From a bacterium (GTDB taxonomy: Bacteria; Electryoneota; Electryoneia; Electryoneales; Electryoneaceae), in contig OY769902.1 in assembly GCA_963669175.1 (NCBI GenBank), positions 1,376,001 to 1,440,000 on the forward strand: a stretch of 64,000 nucleotides of DNA. Reading direction: 5' to 3'. Positions 8,566 through 18,832 of the stretch are shown here, piece by piece. A model generated the notes under the pieces. It had not been told where the DNA came from, ran no database searches, and worked only from the letters and a program-made list of their open reading frames with translations. The position numbers and the translations under genes are program-made. Each line of letters begins with the position of its first letter. Within the stretch, counting starts at the first letter, position 1.

Positions 8566-10416
8566 TCAGCTCCCGACTGTTTGGGGTGATGTCCGGCTAT
8601 TATCCAGCGCCGGTAACATGATATTGAAAATGGCCCCACCATTGTCCGACATATCCACTTCCACAGTGCCACCGTGGCGTTCAATGATACCCCAGCTCAC
8701 CGCCAATCCTAATCCATTGGTGCCTTTGGTAGAAAAAAACGGGTCAAAGATCTTGTCTACAAGGTTCTCCGGAATACCCGGACCATTGTCTTCCACAGAG
8801 ATTATACACTCGTTTCTTCTACGGCTGTAACGCGTTCGAAGAAGTATTTTTCCTTTGCCATTCATGGCTTCGGCTGCATTTGTCATGAAATTCAGCATTA
8901 CCTGCTGCAACTGCCGTGGATCGCAACGAACCAGAGGGGGAGCGTGCGCAGGATGCTTCTCTATTTGGATGTCCCGGAATTGCGGAAGTTTCTCTACCAG
9001 GGGAATAACCTGGTCAACAACCCGGTTGGGGCTGATTTCCTCAAACCTGGGTTTGTCCTGCCGTGAAAAGTCAAGCAGGTTTCTCACTATATCACGACAT
9101 CTTTTTGTTTCTCTTATAATTACACTCATGTCCTCTTGGAAGTCATCGGGATCGTCCGGGGGATCTTCAAGCAGATCTTCGGCATATGCCAGGATGCCGG
9201 TAAGCGGGTTATTGATTTCATGTGCGACTCCGGCAGCCAGGTTTCCCAGCGCGGCCAATTTAGTGGTCTGGACGAGTTGTTGCTGGAGTTCGTGTTCTTT
9301 TGACAGGTCGCGGGCAATGGAACAGATCCCGCTGATTTCGCCCTTGTAATCTCGCAACGGAAAACGGACCGTGTTGAAATGTTTGTCCATTCCATCAATG
9401 ACATAGGTTTCCGCGAAGGTCATGTGTTCGCCACTCCTGAGAACCTTTCTGTCATCCATTTCGACCACTTGCGCCGTCTCCGGTGGAAGTAACTCACTGG
9501 CAGTTTTTCCCAGGAAATCATCCGGCTTCATATGGAAGGTTTCAGCGGTGATGGGATTAACCAGGATGTACCTGCCCTCGAGATCTTTAATGGAGATCAT
9601 GTCATGAGCGGCGTCGACCAGGCTTTTAAAACGCTGTACAGCGCTTTCGACTTCCCGCTTGAGCAGGATCTGGTCCGTGATTTTATGCCAAGTGGCCAGG
9701 ATGCCGGTGATCTCACCTTCGCGACTTCGAAGAGGCTGGCGAATAATTTCCCAATGTGACTCATGCGGCGGGGGAGTATGACGTACAAGTGTCTGTTCAA
9801 CACCTGTTTGAAAGATTTTCTCCAGGTCACATTCTGTAGCAACCGGATCATCGCAGGACAGCTCGGTCTGAGCCAGAAGATCCACGCATGTTTTTCCTAA
9901 TACAGCATTGTAGGAGGGGGCATTGACGAAACGAATGAAGCTGGCGTTGGCACGAGTTACACGTTTGTCCCGATCCAGCACGATCACAAGATCCTCAAGC
10001 GTATCAAATACATCATAGAGGAATCTTCTTTCCAGCCATAGCTTGCGCTGTAGCTCCTCTTTTTCGCGTAGTTGTTCGGCAAGCTGGTCCTGGGCATTTA
10101 TCAAGTCCCAGAAAAGGTGGGTAAACTCGTGGTCAATCAATCTGACGCCGGGCGGGAGTAATTTATACAGCTCCTCCAGAACAGAATTATCGCCGGTTAA
10201 TTCGATAACAAGCTGTAACCCCTCGATAGCCAGCGCCGTGTGTAAATCCGTAATGGTATCTATATCATGTTCACGCGCGTATACCATTCCGGGCGCATTG
10301 ACATCGATGTCCATTACCGCAACGACATCAATCGTCAACTCACTCAGAAGGGTTCCGGTTGTCAGATCAATCAGGGACCGGCACCCTTTTCCGCCACCGA
10401 TAATGACAGTCTTCAT
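8566..10416 (-). CDS. Cytoplasmic histidine kinase: Rossmann-like (BkdR-N-like) domain, two PAS, HisKA, HATPase_c
   Basis: IIGGGKG N-terminus; two PAS; AHEINNPL; NAAEA; DNGPGI; FDPFFSTKGTNGLGL. Start taken at MKTVII (10416). Confidence 0.9.
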   Translation of the reverse strand: MKTVIIGGGKGCRSLIDLTTGTLLSELTIDVVAVMDIDVNAPGMVYAREHDIDTITDLHTALAIEGLQLVIELTGDNSVLEELYKLLPPGVRLIDHEFTHLFWDLINAQDQLAEQLREKEELQRKLWLERRFLYDVFDTLEDLVIVLDRDKRVTRANASFIRFVNAPSYNAVLGKTCVDLLAQTELSCDDPVATECDLEKIFQTGVEQTLVRHTPPPHESHWEIIRQPLRSREGEITGILATWHKITDQILLKREVESAVQRFKSLVDAAHDMISIKDLEGRYILVNPITAETFHMKPDDFLGKTASELLPPETAQVVEMDDRKVLRSGEHMTFAETYVIDGMDKHFNTVRFPLRDYKGEISGICSIARDLSKEHELQQQLVQTTKLAALGNLAAGVAHEINNPLTGILAYAEDLLEDPPDDPDDFQEDMSVIIRETKRCRDIVRNLLDFSRQDKPRFEEISPNRVVDQVIPLVEKLPQFRDIQIEKHPAHAPPLVRCDPRQLQQVMLNFMTNAAEAMNGKGKILLRTRYSRRRNECIISVEDNGPGIPENLVDKIFDPFFSTKGTNGLGLAVSWGIIERHGGTVEVDMSDNGGAIFNIMLPALDNSRTSPQTVGS

Positions 10417-10605
10417 GGGAAACTCACATGTTGGTATACCCACATCAGACAGTACAGATTATACTATTGTACTGAAAGGAGAGAGGTTATGACAAGGGCG
10501 CTACAAAAGGAAACTGGATTATTCAAGCCAACCCGACAATACAGGCAATGTTGCTTTACGTGAAAATCAGAAGAAATCCATCGCTTGTATAAGTAATAGA
10601 ATACA

Positions 10606-11172
10606 TTAGTGTGAATCATGGATATCTGAAAGTGTATCCTCCGCAGTCAGATGGTTTTTGCGAATCTGGTACAAAATGGCAATTGCATGCACGACATCCT
10701 TTATTTCTCGTGAACGAGTCAGCTTCAGCAAAGCAGCAAGTTCATCATGGGTAGGTTTAATTTTTTTCAAGAGGTTCACATCGAGCACCAAATCAAGATA
10801 AGGGTGTAATTGCTCGATATCACTCATGTCCATATTGATGCAGGATGCCAGAGTTGATAATTCATGATGAACATCTGCTACCTGAACAGCATCAGGCGGT
10901 GCCGCAATTGATTCCACCGGTTTTTTCCACAGCTCAAAAACAGGTAACTTTCCGGTAAGCAAATAGGTAGGATCTACTCGAAGTGCGTTTGATAACGCTA
11001 TCAAACCTTCTGCTGTCGGGTAGCTCTTACCATTTTCATAATTAGCCAACATGTATTCAGACAACCCGCAAGCTTCTGCCAAAGCCTTTCTACCTGAATA
11101 TCCTGCGGCCTTTCGGGATGTTCTGACTCGAAGAGCAAACCCCTCGTATTTATTACCCGTTACGCTTGACAA
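10606..11172 (-). CDS. XRE-family HTH transcriptional regulator
   Basis: RVRTSRKAAGYSGRKALAEACGLSEYMLANYENGKSYP...LYLLTG-type HTH_3 pattern. TTG start after AGGAG. Confidence 0.8.
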   Translation of the reverse strand: MSSVTGNKYEGFALRVRTSRKAAGYSGRKALAEACGLSEYMLANYENGKSYPTAEGLIALSNALRVDPTYLLTGKLPVFELWKKPVESIAAPPDAVQVADVHHELSTLASCINMDMSDIEQLHPYLDLVLDVNLLKKIKPTHDELAALLKLTRSREIKDVVHAIAILYQIRKNHLTAEDTLSDIHDSH

Positions 11173-11963
11173 TCTGTATCTCCTACACTATTTTTCTAGC
11201 CCGGTATGACGTTTGTTTCTTTCAATTACCCATCGAAGGTTCGTTTTTCAGAATGCAAAAAGCGATGCAAAGATAGCCCACGACCTGTCGTTCAATGTTG
11301 CCTTGAGTGTTGTTCATAGACGATGACGATTCCAGCTAAAAATCTTGATACAATCTGATCGCATGAGTGGACCTGGTATATCATGCTAGATCACTGTTTT
11401 TGAGGTTGTATAAAGTACAAATCTACGAGAGTTTTTCTGTGATAAGTTAAGCGCTGAAAAGCTACTTACCCAGCTAATGCCAATATTGTGTTGCAGTATA
11501 AAGAATTGCAATGGTTGCATTGTGTAATCCTGTATTTTTCGAGCCGGAACAGTAATACTGGCAGGTATCTGACAGGAATTCTGCTGTATGATAACCTGCG
11601 TAAAACCTTGGTATGTCACTCATTGTGAGAGTCTACGGTATTACTACTGGTGGTTGTTGTTGTGTAAAGATATGAAAAACTGGTCTTCAGGTTAGTGTTA
11701 GGATGCTACTTAAACAATTATAAAAATATTATTGTGTGATTCGAGTTGAATATGATATGTGGAAATTATACAAAATTCGTTTCTGAAATATCAAAAGCAT
11801 TGATAGATGCAAACCCACCCTTTATAAATATCGTAATTCCATTGCAAAAACTTGAGAGATATTCATCTCACCTTTACCCTTATCAACTACTTAAACAGTA
11901 GGGAAACGCGGCAGATACAGGGAAAAGGGACGCTACTGCACATCAAAGCCAGGGGAACAGAAC

Positions 11964-14204
11964 ATGTTGAAAAACGTGAAAGTAGGCATGAAATTAACCT
12001 TAGGATTTGGTATTCTTATCATAATAGCTATAGTATTAAGTTCTTTTGGTATAATAACGGTTCGAAAAATAGAGCATGTATCTAATATGAAAGGCATTGC
12101 TAACAAAATACTGGTTGCAGAATTGCAGTCAAAGGCAGAAAGAAAGGAATACTTAAATTCAGGCAAAGAGGAAAGAAAACAATTATTTATGGATTATGTT
12201 GCTGAAATGGAAGAGGATATATCAATGATGCGTAATATAACTCAAAGTGATGATGTTGTGCGGATGTTGAATGATATCACTGCAGAAACAAAGAAGTACA
12301 GGAGTATTTTTGAAAAAGTAACGCAAGTATCGGATTTTTCACAAGGTTACTTAAACAAAGATAATGCTGAATTTTTAGAAGCTAATGATGTGTTGATAAA
12401 ATCCGGAAGAAATCTGTTCGCGTTCGTAGACGGATTGGCAGAGTATGAAGATGCTATGATGCAGTCCACCATGCGGCAGGCAATATTCACTTTGCTCGCT
12501 GTATTGGTCGTTGCTGTAATTCTGGGGATTATAATTGCGATTATCATGACTCGCGCTCTAACAGTGCCAATACGGCAGATACAAGAGGCGGCTGAACAGA
12601 TCGCACTTGGCAACCTGGAAGACGTCATTTCAATCCATCAAACGGATGAAATTGGCAGTCTGGCAGATAGTTTTCGTGAAATGCAATCAGGTTTGAAGGA
12701 TAAAGCCAAAGTAGCTGAGAAGATTGCCCTGGGGGATACAGAGGTGGAAATTGTTATCGCTTCTGAAGTTGATGTCCTGGGCAAGGCAATGGTCGGTATG
12801 CGTGAATCTTTATCAAAGAAGGCAGATGTAGCAAATAAAGTTGCAAACGGTGATTTGAATGTGGTTGTCGAAGTTATGTCAAATAAGGACCAGCTTGGCG
12901 CATCTATGGTCACGATGGTTGAAAACCTCAAGAAGAGCCAGGAAGAAGTGAAAACTGCCATGGATCAGGTAGAGGCAGGCTTGAAAGAAGCTCAGGCAGT
13001 AGTGAATGAGGTAAATCGTGTAGCAGAACAATTACGTGTAGGTAATCTGAAACAACGTGCTCACTATGAAACCGATGACAAGGCATTCCAGCAACTGATC
13101 AGTGGATTCAATTCGGCCATTGAAAACATTCTTGAGCCTGTAAACGAATCCGTGAAAGTACTGGCGCTGGTAGCCAAGGGCGATCTCACCAGGAAAATCA
13201 GCGGTGAGTATCAAGGCGATCATAACCTTATGAAAAACGCTTTAAACGAGACTATTGATTCTCTGAACGAGACGCTTGAACAGGTTCAGATGGCCATGGA
13301 TCAGGTAGCTGCTGGTGCCAGCCAGGTTTCAGCGTCAAGCCAGACCTTGTCCCAGGGCGCCGCTGAACAGGCGAGTTCGTTGGAAGAGATCACCTCATCC
13401 ATGACTGAAATGGGTAGTCAAACAAGCCAGAATGCTGAGAATGCCGATTCGGCCGATCGTCTGGTGGCCGATGCTGCAGGGGCCGCTGAGGAGGGGAATA
13501 GCCGCATGGAACAGATGTTGGACGCCATGCGCGAGATCAATGATTCTTCCAAAGAAATCGGCCGCATTATCAAGGTGATCGATGAGATTGCATTCCAAAC
13601 CAACCTGCTCGCGTTGAATGCAGCAGTTGAAGCTGCTCGTGCAGGTGTACATGGCAAGGGATTCGCTGTTGTCGCCGATGAGGTTCGAAATCTTGCTCAA
13701 CGAAGCGCTACCGCTGCCAAAGAAACAACAGAACTGATCGAGGGATCCACGCAAAAGGTGGATGTCGGCTCAAAGATAGCTGAAGATACGGCTACTGCTT
13801 TGCAGAAGATCGTTACCGGTGTCAAAAAGGTAAATGATTTAATCGGTGATATTGCAGCTTCTTCCAACGAACAAACGCAGGGTATCAACCAGATCAATGA
13901 TGCCCTGGGGCAAATTGATGATGTTACCCAGGCCAATACGACCAATGCCGAAGAGAGTGCTTCCGCTTCCGAAGAATTGTCCAGTCAGGCAGATCATGTC
14001 AAGTCATTACTGGAAAAATTCAAACTGGCAAGTAATGGTGGCAATGGAATAAGAAAGCCCACAAAGAAGAAGTCACTTCCCGGCAGCAGGACCATGGAGA
14101 TGCCAGCAAGATCTCCCAAAGATCCTGCCATGCAACGGCTGAAGGATGAGCTATCACCCGAGGCAGTTATCAGGTTGGATGATGATGACTTCGAAGATTT
14201 TTAA
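11964..14204 (+). CDS. Methyl-accepting chemotaxis protein (2 TM, multiple HAMP)
   Basis: Signalling hairpin [37 protein letters not shown]; HAMP DEIG motifs; C-terminal pentapeptide DFEDF. Confidence 0.95.
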   Translation: MLKNVKVGMKLTLGFGILIIIAIVLSSFGIITVRKIEHVSNMKGIANKILVAELQSKAERKEYLNSGKEERKQLFMDYVAEMEEDISMMRNITQSDDVVRMLNDITAETKKYRSIFEKVTQVSDFSQGYLNKDNAEFLEANDVLIKSGRNLFAFVDGLAEYEDAMMQSTMRQAIFTLLAVLVVAVILGIIIAIIMTRALTVPIRQIQEAAEQIALGNLEDVISIHQTDEIGSLADSFREMQSGLKDKAKVAEKIALGDTEVEIVIASEVDVLGKAMVGMRESLSKKADVANKVANGDLNVVVEVMSNKDQLGASMVTMVENLKKSQEEVKTAMDQVEAGLKEAQAVVNEVNRVAEQLRVGNLKQRAHYETDDKAFQQLISGFNSAIENILEPVNESVKVLALVAKGDLTRKISGEYQGDHNLMKNALNETIDSLNETLEQVQMAMDQVAAGASQVSASSQTLSQGAAEQASSLEEITSSMTEMGSQTSQNAENADSADRLVADAAGAAEEGNSRMEQMLDAMREINDSSKEIGRIIKVIDEIAFQTNLLALNAAVEAARAGVHGKGFAVVADEVRNLAQRSATAAKETTELIEGSTQKVDVGSKIAEDTATALQKIVTGVKKVNDLIGDIAASSNEQTQGINQINDALGQIDDVTQANTTNAEESASASEELSSQADHVKSLLEKFKLASNGGNGIRKPTKKKSLPGSRTMEMPARSPKDPAMQRLKDELSPEAVIRLDDDDFEDF

Positions 14205-14218
14205 CAGGTAAGTAGTGT

Positions 14219-14277
14219 AAAAACTTCTGTGATCAGGGAACTGATATAAGCTTATCGGTTCCCTGATCTGAAGTTTT
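14219..14277. terminator. Long near-perfect hairpin after the MCP gene, probable bidirectional terminator
   Basis: AAAACTTC..GATCAGGGAAC.GATA pairs with TATC.GTTCCCTGATC.GAAGTTTT. Confidence 0.6.
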
Positions 14278-14369
14278 AACAAAGGAACCTAACTTGCACA
14301 ACCTGTCAGCGTTTCACGTGGACGCAAAATTGCGACTGTTTTCAAAACATAAATCAATTCGGGGCTAAT

Positions 14370-14873
14370 ATGTCCGGAACAATAAAAAAGAATCTGATAA
14401 ACCAGATCACAAATACAAAAATTGACTGGTTTCTTACTTTTACGCTATGTGAAAAAACATATGCTATCCAAACCATGTTCGTTCAAGAAGTAAAAAAATT
14501 TTCGGAAGTACAGCAAATGAATAACTTACCTCCACATTATATCGGTTACATTAGCGCACAAAATAATAAAGTACCCGTTGTTGATATGAGATTACGTTTT
14601 GGGCTTAATCCCAAACCTCATGAAAATAATGAAGCCGTTATTATCGTTAAAGTTGTTGGCATCCTGGTGGCGTATGTTGTTGATATGATTGATGATATTG
14701 TGACGATACCCACGTATGAAGACGAGATTACAGGGGGTGTCCTAAACGAGGAAATAGCAAGCAGGTTTGTCAAGGGGGCAATTGTTACCGAGAATAATCG
14801 AATTGCTGTTGTCAGCTTGTACAAGTTGATGTATCAGCAGGAAATCATGCAGGTGCTTCAACTTCTGTCGTAG
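14370..14873 (+). CDS. cheW: Divergent CheW-like protein
   Basis: FLTFTL...YAI...VQEV, LPPHYIGYI...VPVVDMRLRFG and VVD.I.DIV. AT-rich gene. Confidence 0.75.
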   Translation: MSGTIKKNLINQITNTKIDWFLTFTLCEKTYAIQTMFVQEVKKFSEVQQMNNLPPHYIGYISAQNNKVPVVDMRLRFGLNPKPHENNEAVIIVKVVGILVAYVVDMIDDIVTIPTYEDEITGGVLNEEIASRFVKGAIVTENNRIAVVSLYKLMYQQEIMQVLQLLS

Positions 14874-14886
14874 CTAGAATGGAAAG

Positions 14887-15870
14887 CTAACAGGGGAAGT
14901 CATCAGCCAGCATCTTTCGGTACTGATCGGCAAACTGGGTAAAAGAGGTATAATAATCGACAGGCTTTCGAGTAAAATGGCAAAGCATGTCCGAAAGGCT
15001 GTCCGGCAGATAGGGGAAGACCTTGCCCAGGTTCATAATGCGGTATTCATAAAATGCGGAACCGTCTTCCGGTCGTAGCGATTGCTGCACCTTTACTGGG
15101 AAGGCGCCTTGTTTCAGGGTATTTTTGAAGGTCAAAATTCCCTTCGCCACCACATAATTGATAATATTGCCAATGCTCCACATATCAAAGTCGGTGACAT
15201 CCTGTTTCAGGTCGAAATCAATCCAGCGGAATTTCCCGGTTTCGGAATCGATCAGGATATGGTCGTTACGGATATCGCCATGGCAGAGGCCGTGACTGTG
15301 CAGTAATTCTATCGCTTCGATGGAGTCAAGCAATTTCCGGAGAATCTTCGGAAGGTCTTCGAAGAAATATAGTTCATGGGATTTGTCGATCGTCGGGATG
15401 TGTTTGAACAGGCTGCTTCCACGAATGAAATCCAGTACGCGCACATTTCTGCCATCATGATCATAAATGGTGAAGCCCTGCATAAACCGGTGATCGCCAC
15501 GAGTCAGCTCAAGAACATGGCTCTCTTTGGTAGCGCTGCGATAACAACGGATCTTCAGTATCCCGATGTGGACATGAAAATCCTCTTCAAAGAGTGTTTT
15601 CAGGATTTTTGTTTCGCCGGATTCGAGATCAACCGTGTTGATCACCCAGTACTTGGGTTGCTCGTCAATACCGAATCGTGGTTCACGCATATGGCCTTTG
15701 ACCACATAACTACGGCCATCAAGCTCGACCACAGATCCTCGCACCATGCGCAAGGGATCCGATGTCTCGTGGAATACCTGGAACCGGTCGTTTCGCATCC
15801 AACCGGTCAATTCAACGATTCTATCAGCTATAGCGTTGCGATCCACAGCAATCCCGACTTGTTGTTCCAC
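14887..15870 (-). CDS. Protein-kinase-like fold protein with atypical motifs
   Basis: KILK, a helix-C Glu, catalytic loop HGDIRNDHIL, DFD in place of DFG, and DMWSIG. Confidence 0.7.
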   Translation of the reverse strand: MEQQVGIAVDRNAIADRIVELTGWMRNDRFQVFHETSDPLRMVRGSVVELDGRSYVVKGHMREPRFGIDEQPKYWVINTVDLESGETKILKTLFEEDFHVHIGILKIRCYRSATKESHVLELTRGDHRFMQGFTIYDHDGRNVRVLDFIRGSSLFKHIPTIDKSHELYFFEDLPKILRKLLDSIEAIELLHSHGLCHGDIRNDHILIDSETGKFRWIDFDLKQDVTDFDMWSIGNIINYVVAKGILTFKNTLKQGAFPVKVQQSLRPEDGSAFYEYRIMNLGKVFPYLPDSLSDMLCHFTRKPVDYYTSFTQFADQYRKMLADDFPC

Positions 15871-16232
15871 TATGGAAAAACTACAATGAATCCATATTGA
15901 AACAAATGGTATCTTGTGCCACAGGGGAGATAAGAGGGCGTGCAGAAAGGGCTCGGTCTGGACGAGAGAGACACAACTTTTAAATTTATGCTATTGCATG
16001 TAATGTAAATTTTTACGTAGAGTACTCCCAGATATCGCGTAAACTCAGGAATGACTGATCTAAGTGTCTGCAAAACTGGCTAACTTGAAGGGTATTGCAG
16101 CAGAGGATGTATCGTGTCTGGTGTGATTATTCCCACAGTTTAAGGAATTATTTATATCGTTACTCTTTAACAGGCTGTCCCACAGTTAGCAACGAACAGG
16201 TGAGATTGCAAACGGGTGAAGTGAGGTGAACG

Positions 16233-16745
16233 ATGAGTGATTCGGTAATGATGGACTCGGGATTGGACGAGATGTCTGAGGCTGAAGACACCCAGGCGAA
16301 CAAGTTTCTTACTTTTGTTATTGGCGAAGAAGAGTTTGCCATTGAAATCAGGTATGTAAAAGAGATCAATGGTATTCAGGAAATCACCGAGCTGCCGGAT
16401 GTGCCTCATTATGTTAAGGGCGTCATCAACCTGCGCGGCAAGGTCATCCCGGTGATTGACGTGCGTTTGCGCTTCAATATGTCGGAAAAAGAGTATGATG
16501 AACGCACCTGTATTATTGTGGTTGATATTCGGGATCTTTCAGTTGGTTTGATTGTTGATGCGGTTTCGGAGGTGCTGGAGATTCCGCCGGAAAGTATTGA
16601 GCCGCCTCCCAAGGTGAACCTTGGTGAAGCCCAGCGCTATTTGCAGGGTATGGGCAAGGTTGGTGATGAAGTCAAGATTCTGCTGAATACGAAAAAGATG
16701 TTAGTGGAAGGCGATCTGGAATTGCTTTCCGAAGTTTCGGACTAA
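16233..16745 (+). CDS. cheW: Chemotaxis adaptor CheW
   Basis: FLTFVIGEEEFAIEI, GVINLRGKVIPVIDVRLRF and VGLIVDAVSEV. Confidence 0.95.
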   Translation: MSDSVMMDSGLDEMSEAEDTQANKFLTFVIGEEEFAIEIRYVKEINGIQEITELPDVPHYVKGVINLRGKVIPVIDVRLRFNMSEKEYDERTCIIVVDIRDLSVGLIVDAVSEVLEIPPESIEPPPKVNLGEAQRYLQGMGKVGDEVKILLNTKKMLVEGDLELLSEVSD

Positions 16746-16780
16746 TATCCCCGGCCCTGGCGCTGGGGTTTCCCCCAACG

Positions 16781-16820
16781 GGCGCTGCCGGTCCTCCCAA
16801 CGGCAGCGCCTGGTTTTTTT
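16781..16820 (+). terminator. Rho-independent terminator after cheW
   Basis: GGCGCTGCCG-loop-CGGCAGCGCC followed by a T tract. Confidence 0.75.
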
Positions 16821-16876
16821 ATCCATTGCCTTCCTTAGTCTTGCATTATGCAACCCTTGCTTGAGTGATTATTCGT

Positions 16877-17151
16877 TAGAAATCCTGACATAGCGTACAG
16901 GCCAAACAGACGACCTGTACACTATGCTAAAATAGGGAATCCCTTGCAGGATTCTAAAAATGCGATGTCCACAACCTTTTAACTGATACAGCTTTCAGAA
17001 GATGTGGGTAAGAGACAGCGCTTACGCACCGCGCTATTCCTGTATCACCTCTTCGAGGTGGACTTGCGCCACCAAAATGTCTGAATCAGGCAATACACAT
17101 ATTGCGTTTGTGTCACCATGTCGCGTACCTACACAAAAGCGCGAAGCACCT
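16877..17151. repeat. Cluster of REP-like palindromes
   Basis: Nested hairpin at 16877-16956; module A at 17018-17063, related to 46523-46570, 46619-46649 and 47145-47192; module B at 17123-17151, related to 46411-46436 and 46723-46751. Confidence 0.7.
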
Positions 17152-17401
17152 CTGGTGGACCGGTTCACATGAATCGAAGTGTTCTGCTTGTCACGGGTGA
17201 GTTGGCTGCAAGGCGATTTCTTGCAGGTGTAACGGGTTTCAGTAAATGAAGTCAACGCAGCAAACAGCCGCCTCGTGACAAGCCCGAAGGGAGAGCGTGC
17301 TTTACCCCATGACTGCGTTCCATTCCTTTGAAATAACCCGCCATGTCTGTGGTCAAGCGCGCAGCTCAGAAAACATCATAGCATGTGCAATGGACCACAA
17401 G
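17152..17401. mobile_element. MITE-like non-autonomous element, copy 1
   Basis: Shares the core CAAGCCCGAAGGGAG.GCG.GCTTTACCCCATGACTGCGTT...TTGAAATAACCCGC...GCGCAGCTCAG and both terminal segments with 46774-47043. Confidence 0.65.
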
Positions 17402-17498
17402 TAGGTTTATGCTCAAAAATTATTTATACTTATATGCTGAACATGCAACAACCGGTCTGCTGTTTCACGTAAAGCCAAATGCGAGAGGTTAAGCATAC

Positions 17499-18323
17499 AT
17501 GAAAGAAATTTTATTCCGGTTTTATGGAGAATTGAACGACCTGGCGCCGTCAAGAGACAAAAGCCATGACGGGCCCGTGTGTTGTCGTTTTGACGTGAAT
17601 GTCGTGAATGACGCCATCAAACCGGAAGCTGAACTTGAGATTGACCTGGTAGTTCAGACATCGGTTAAAGATGCCATTGAAGGCCGTGGGGTGCCGCACA
17701 CCGAAGTTGGCAGGATTATAATTGATGGTGAGGAATCAGGTTGGGATACAATTCTCAAGGGCGGTGAGCGTGTTTCTGTGTTCCCCCACGGGTATGGTTT
17801 CTTCGGTGATATAGAGTCGCTGATCTCTGTGCAATATCCTGAAGGTCCGCCTGCATTTCTTGCTGACGAGACAGTAGGCCAATTGGCGAAATACCTTAGA
17901 TTGATCGGGTTCGATACGACATTCGCACATCCAAAACCGTCACCTGATATCCTGGTCGCTCAGAGCAATACTGAACTCAGGGTTCTCCTTACAACCGACC
18001 GAAAACTCCTCATGCACAGCAAACTTGCATGGGGAAAACTGATCTATTCTCGAGAGCCAACCGAACAAGCGATAGAAGTCCTTGAACGATTTGGGCGTGA
18101 GCATGCTGTTCCTTATTCGAGGTGCATGGAGTGTAATACAAAACTAAGGAAATCAGAAGTGGCAGAGCTGGAAAAACTGGCGCCTGAATCGATCCTGAAG
18201 AAGTTTGTGAAAACACCTGAAGTCTTTACCTATTGCAGTACTTGCGACAAACTATACTGGCCAGGCTCGCACACAGAACACATGAATTCACTTTTATCTC
18301 AGTTCGGAGTAGCATTGGGCTGA
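17499..18323 (+). CDS. Mut7-C RNase-domain protein with N-terminal ubiquitin-like domain
   Basis: FRFYGELNDL, SVKDAIE..GVPHTEV, FLAD...LAKYLRLIGFDT, LLTTDR, RCMECN and CSTCDKLYWPGSH. Confidence 0.9.
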   Translation: MKEILFRFYGELNDLAPSRDKSHDGPVCCRFDVNVVNDAIKPEAELEIDLVVQTSVKDAIEGRGVPHTEVGRIIIDGEESGWDTILKGGERVSVFPHGYGFFGDIESLISVQYPEGPPAFLADETVGQLAKYLRLIGFDTTFAHPKPSPDILVAQSNTELRVLLTTDRKLLMHSKLAWGKLIYSREPTEQAIEVLERFGREHAVPYSRCMECNTKLRKSEVAELEKLAPESILKKFVKTPEVFTYCSTCDKLYWPGSHTEHMNSLLSQFGVALG

Positions 18324-18832
18324 AAAAGCCATTAGATTGTTTATTGTCCCCCTGAAGGGATAACATTCTAAAAGAAGGTATCTTGTTGTTTATGAAGGGT
18401 ATAGGTTTAAATGCTTGATAATACAGGCGTGACAGCAACAACGCCAATGATGCTTTGGGGTTGCGAGTGTGGAGGTTTCTGAATATATTTGCTCTACTTT
18501 TCACGAAGTACCTGGAAGCATAGTATTTAGGCCTCACCACGGGGAGACACGGTACGGTTGGAAACAGGAGTAGAAGTGTGGTGAGCATTTTAACTAGGTG
18601 TGTAGCAACAATTTACAGAGCTATTGATGTGGTAAGGGAAACTAGCTGACGTGAGCCGGTGTCAGGTCGGGAGGGTACTCTCTCGATTACACTGGTTTTT
18701 TTTTGTCCGGTTGACCAGTACTGATGGACCAAGGTGAAAAGCAGAGTATAGGGATAAGGCACACGGGCGAAATGTGTGTGCCATGATGCAATGGAAGCCC
18801 TTTGGGCGCTAGAAAGGGGAGGCTACACAACA

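Noticed and set aside
11180-11950. Short ORFs or a pseudogene in the long intergenic region (also 18330-18830 and 43240-43750)
   Set aside because: No recognisable protein motifs or RNA structure, so left unannotated.
11905-11955. Possible c-di-GMP-I riboswitch upstream of the MCP (GGCAGA...GAAA...GGGACGC), and GGACGCAAAA near 14320
   Set aside because: The P1/P2 pairing and GCAAAGC junction could not be built convincingly. An Infernal search would settle it.
16877-17401. Repeat clusters (also 46.4-47.3 kb) as a CRISPR array or integron attC cassettes
   Set aside because: There is no regular repeat-spacer periodicity, no cas or intI gene and no cassette ORFs.
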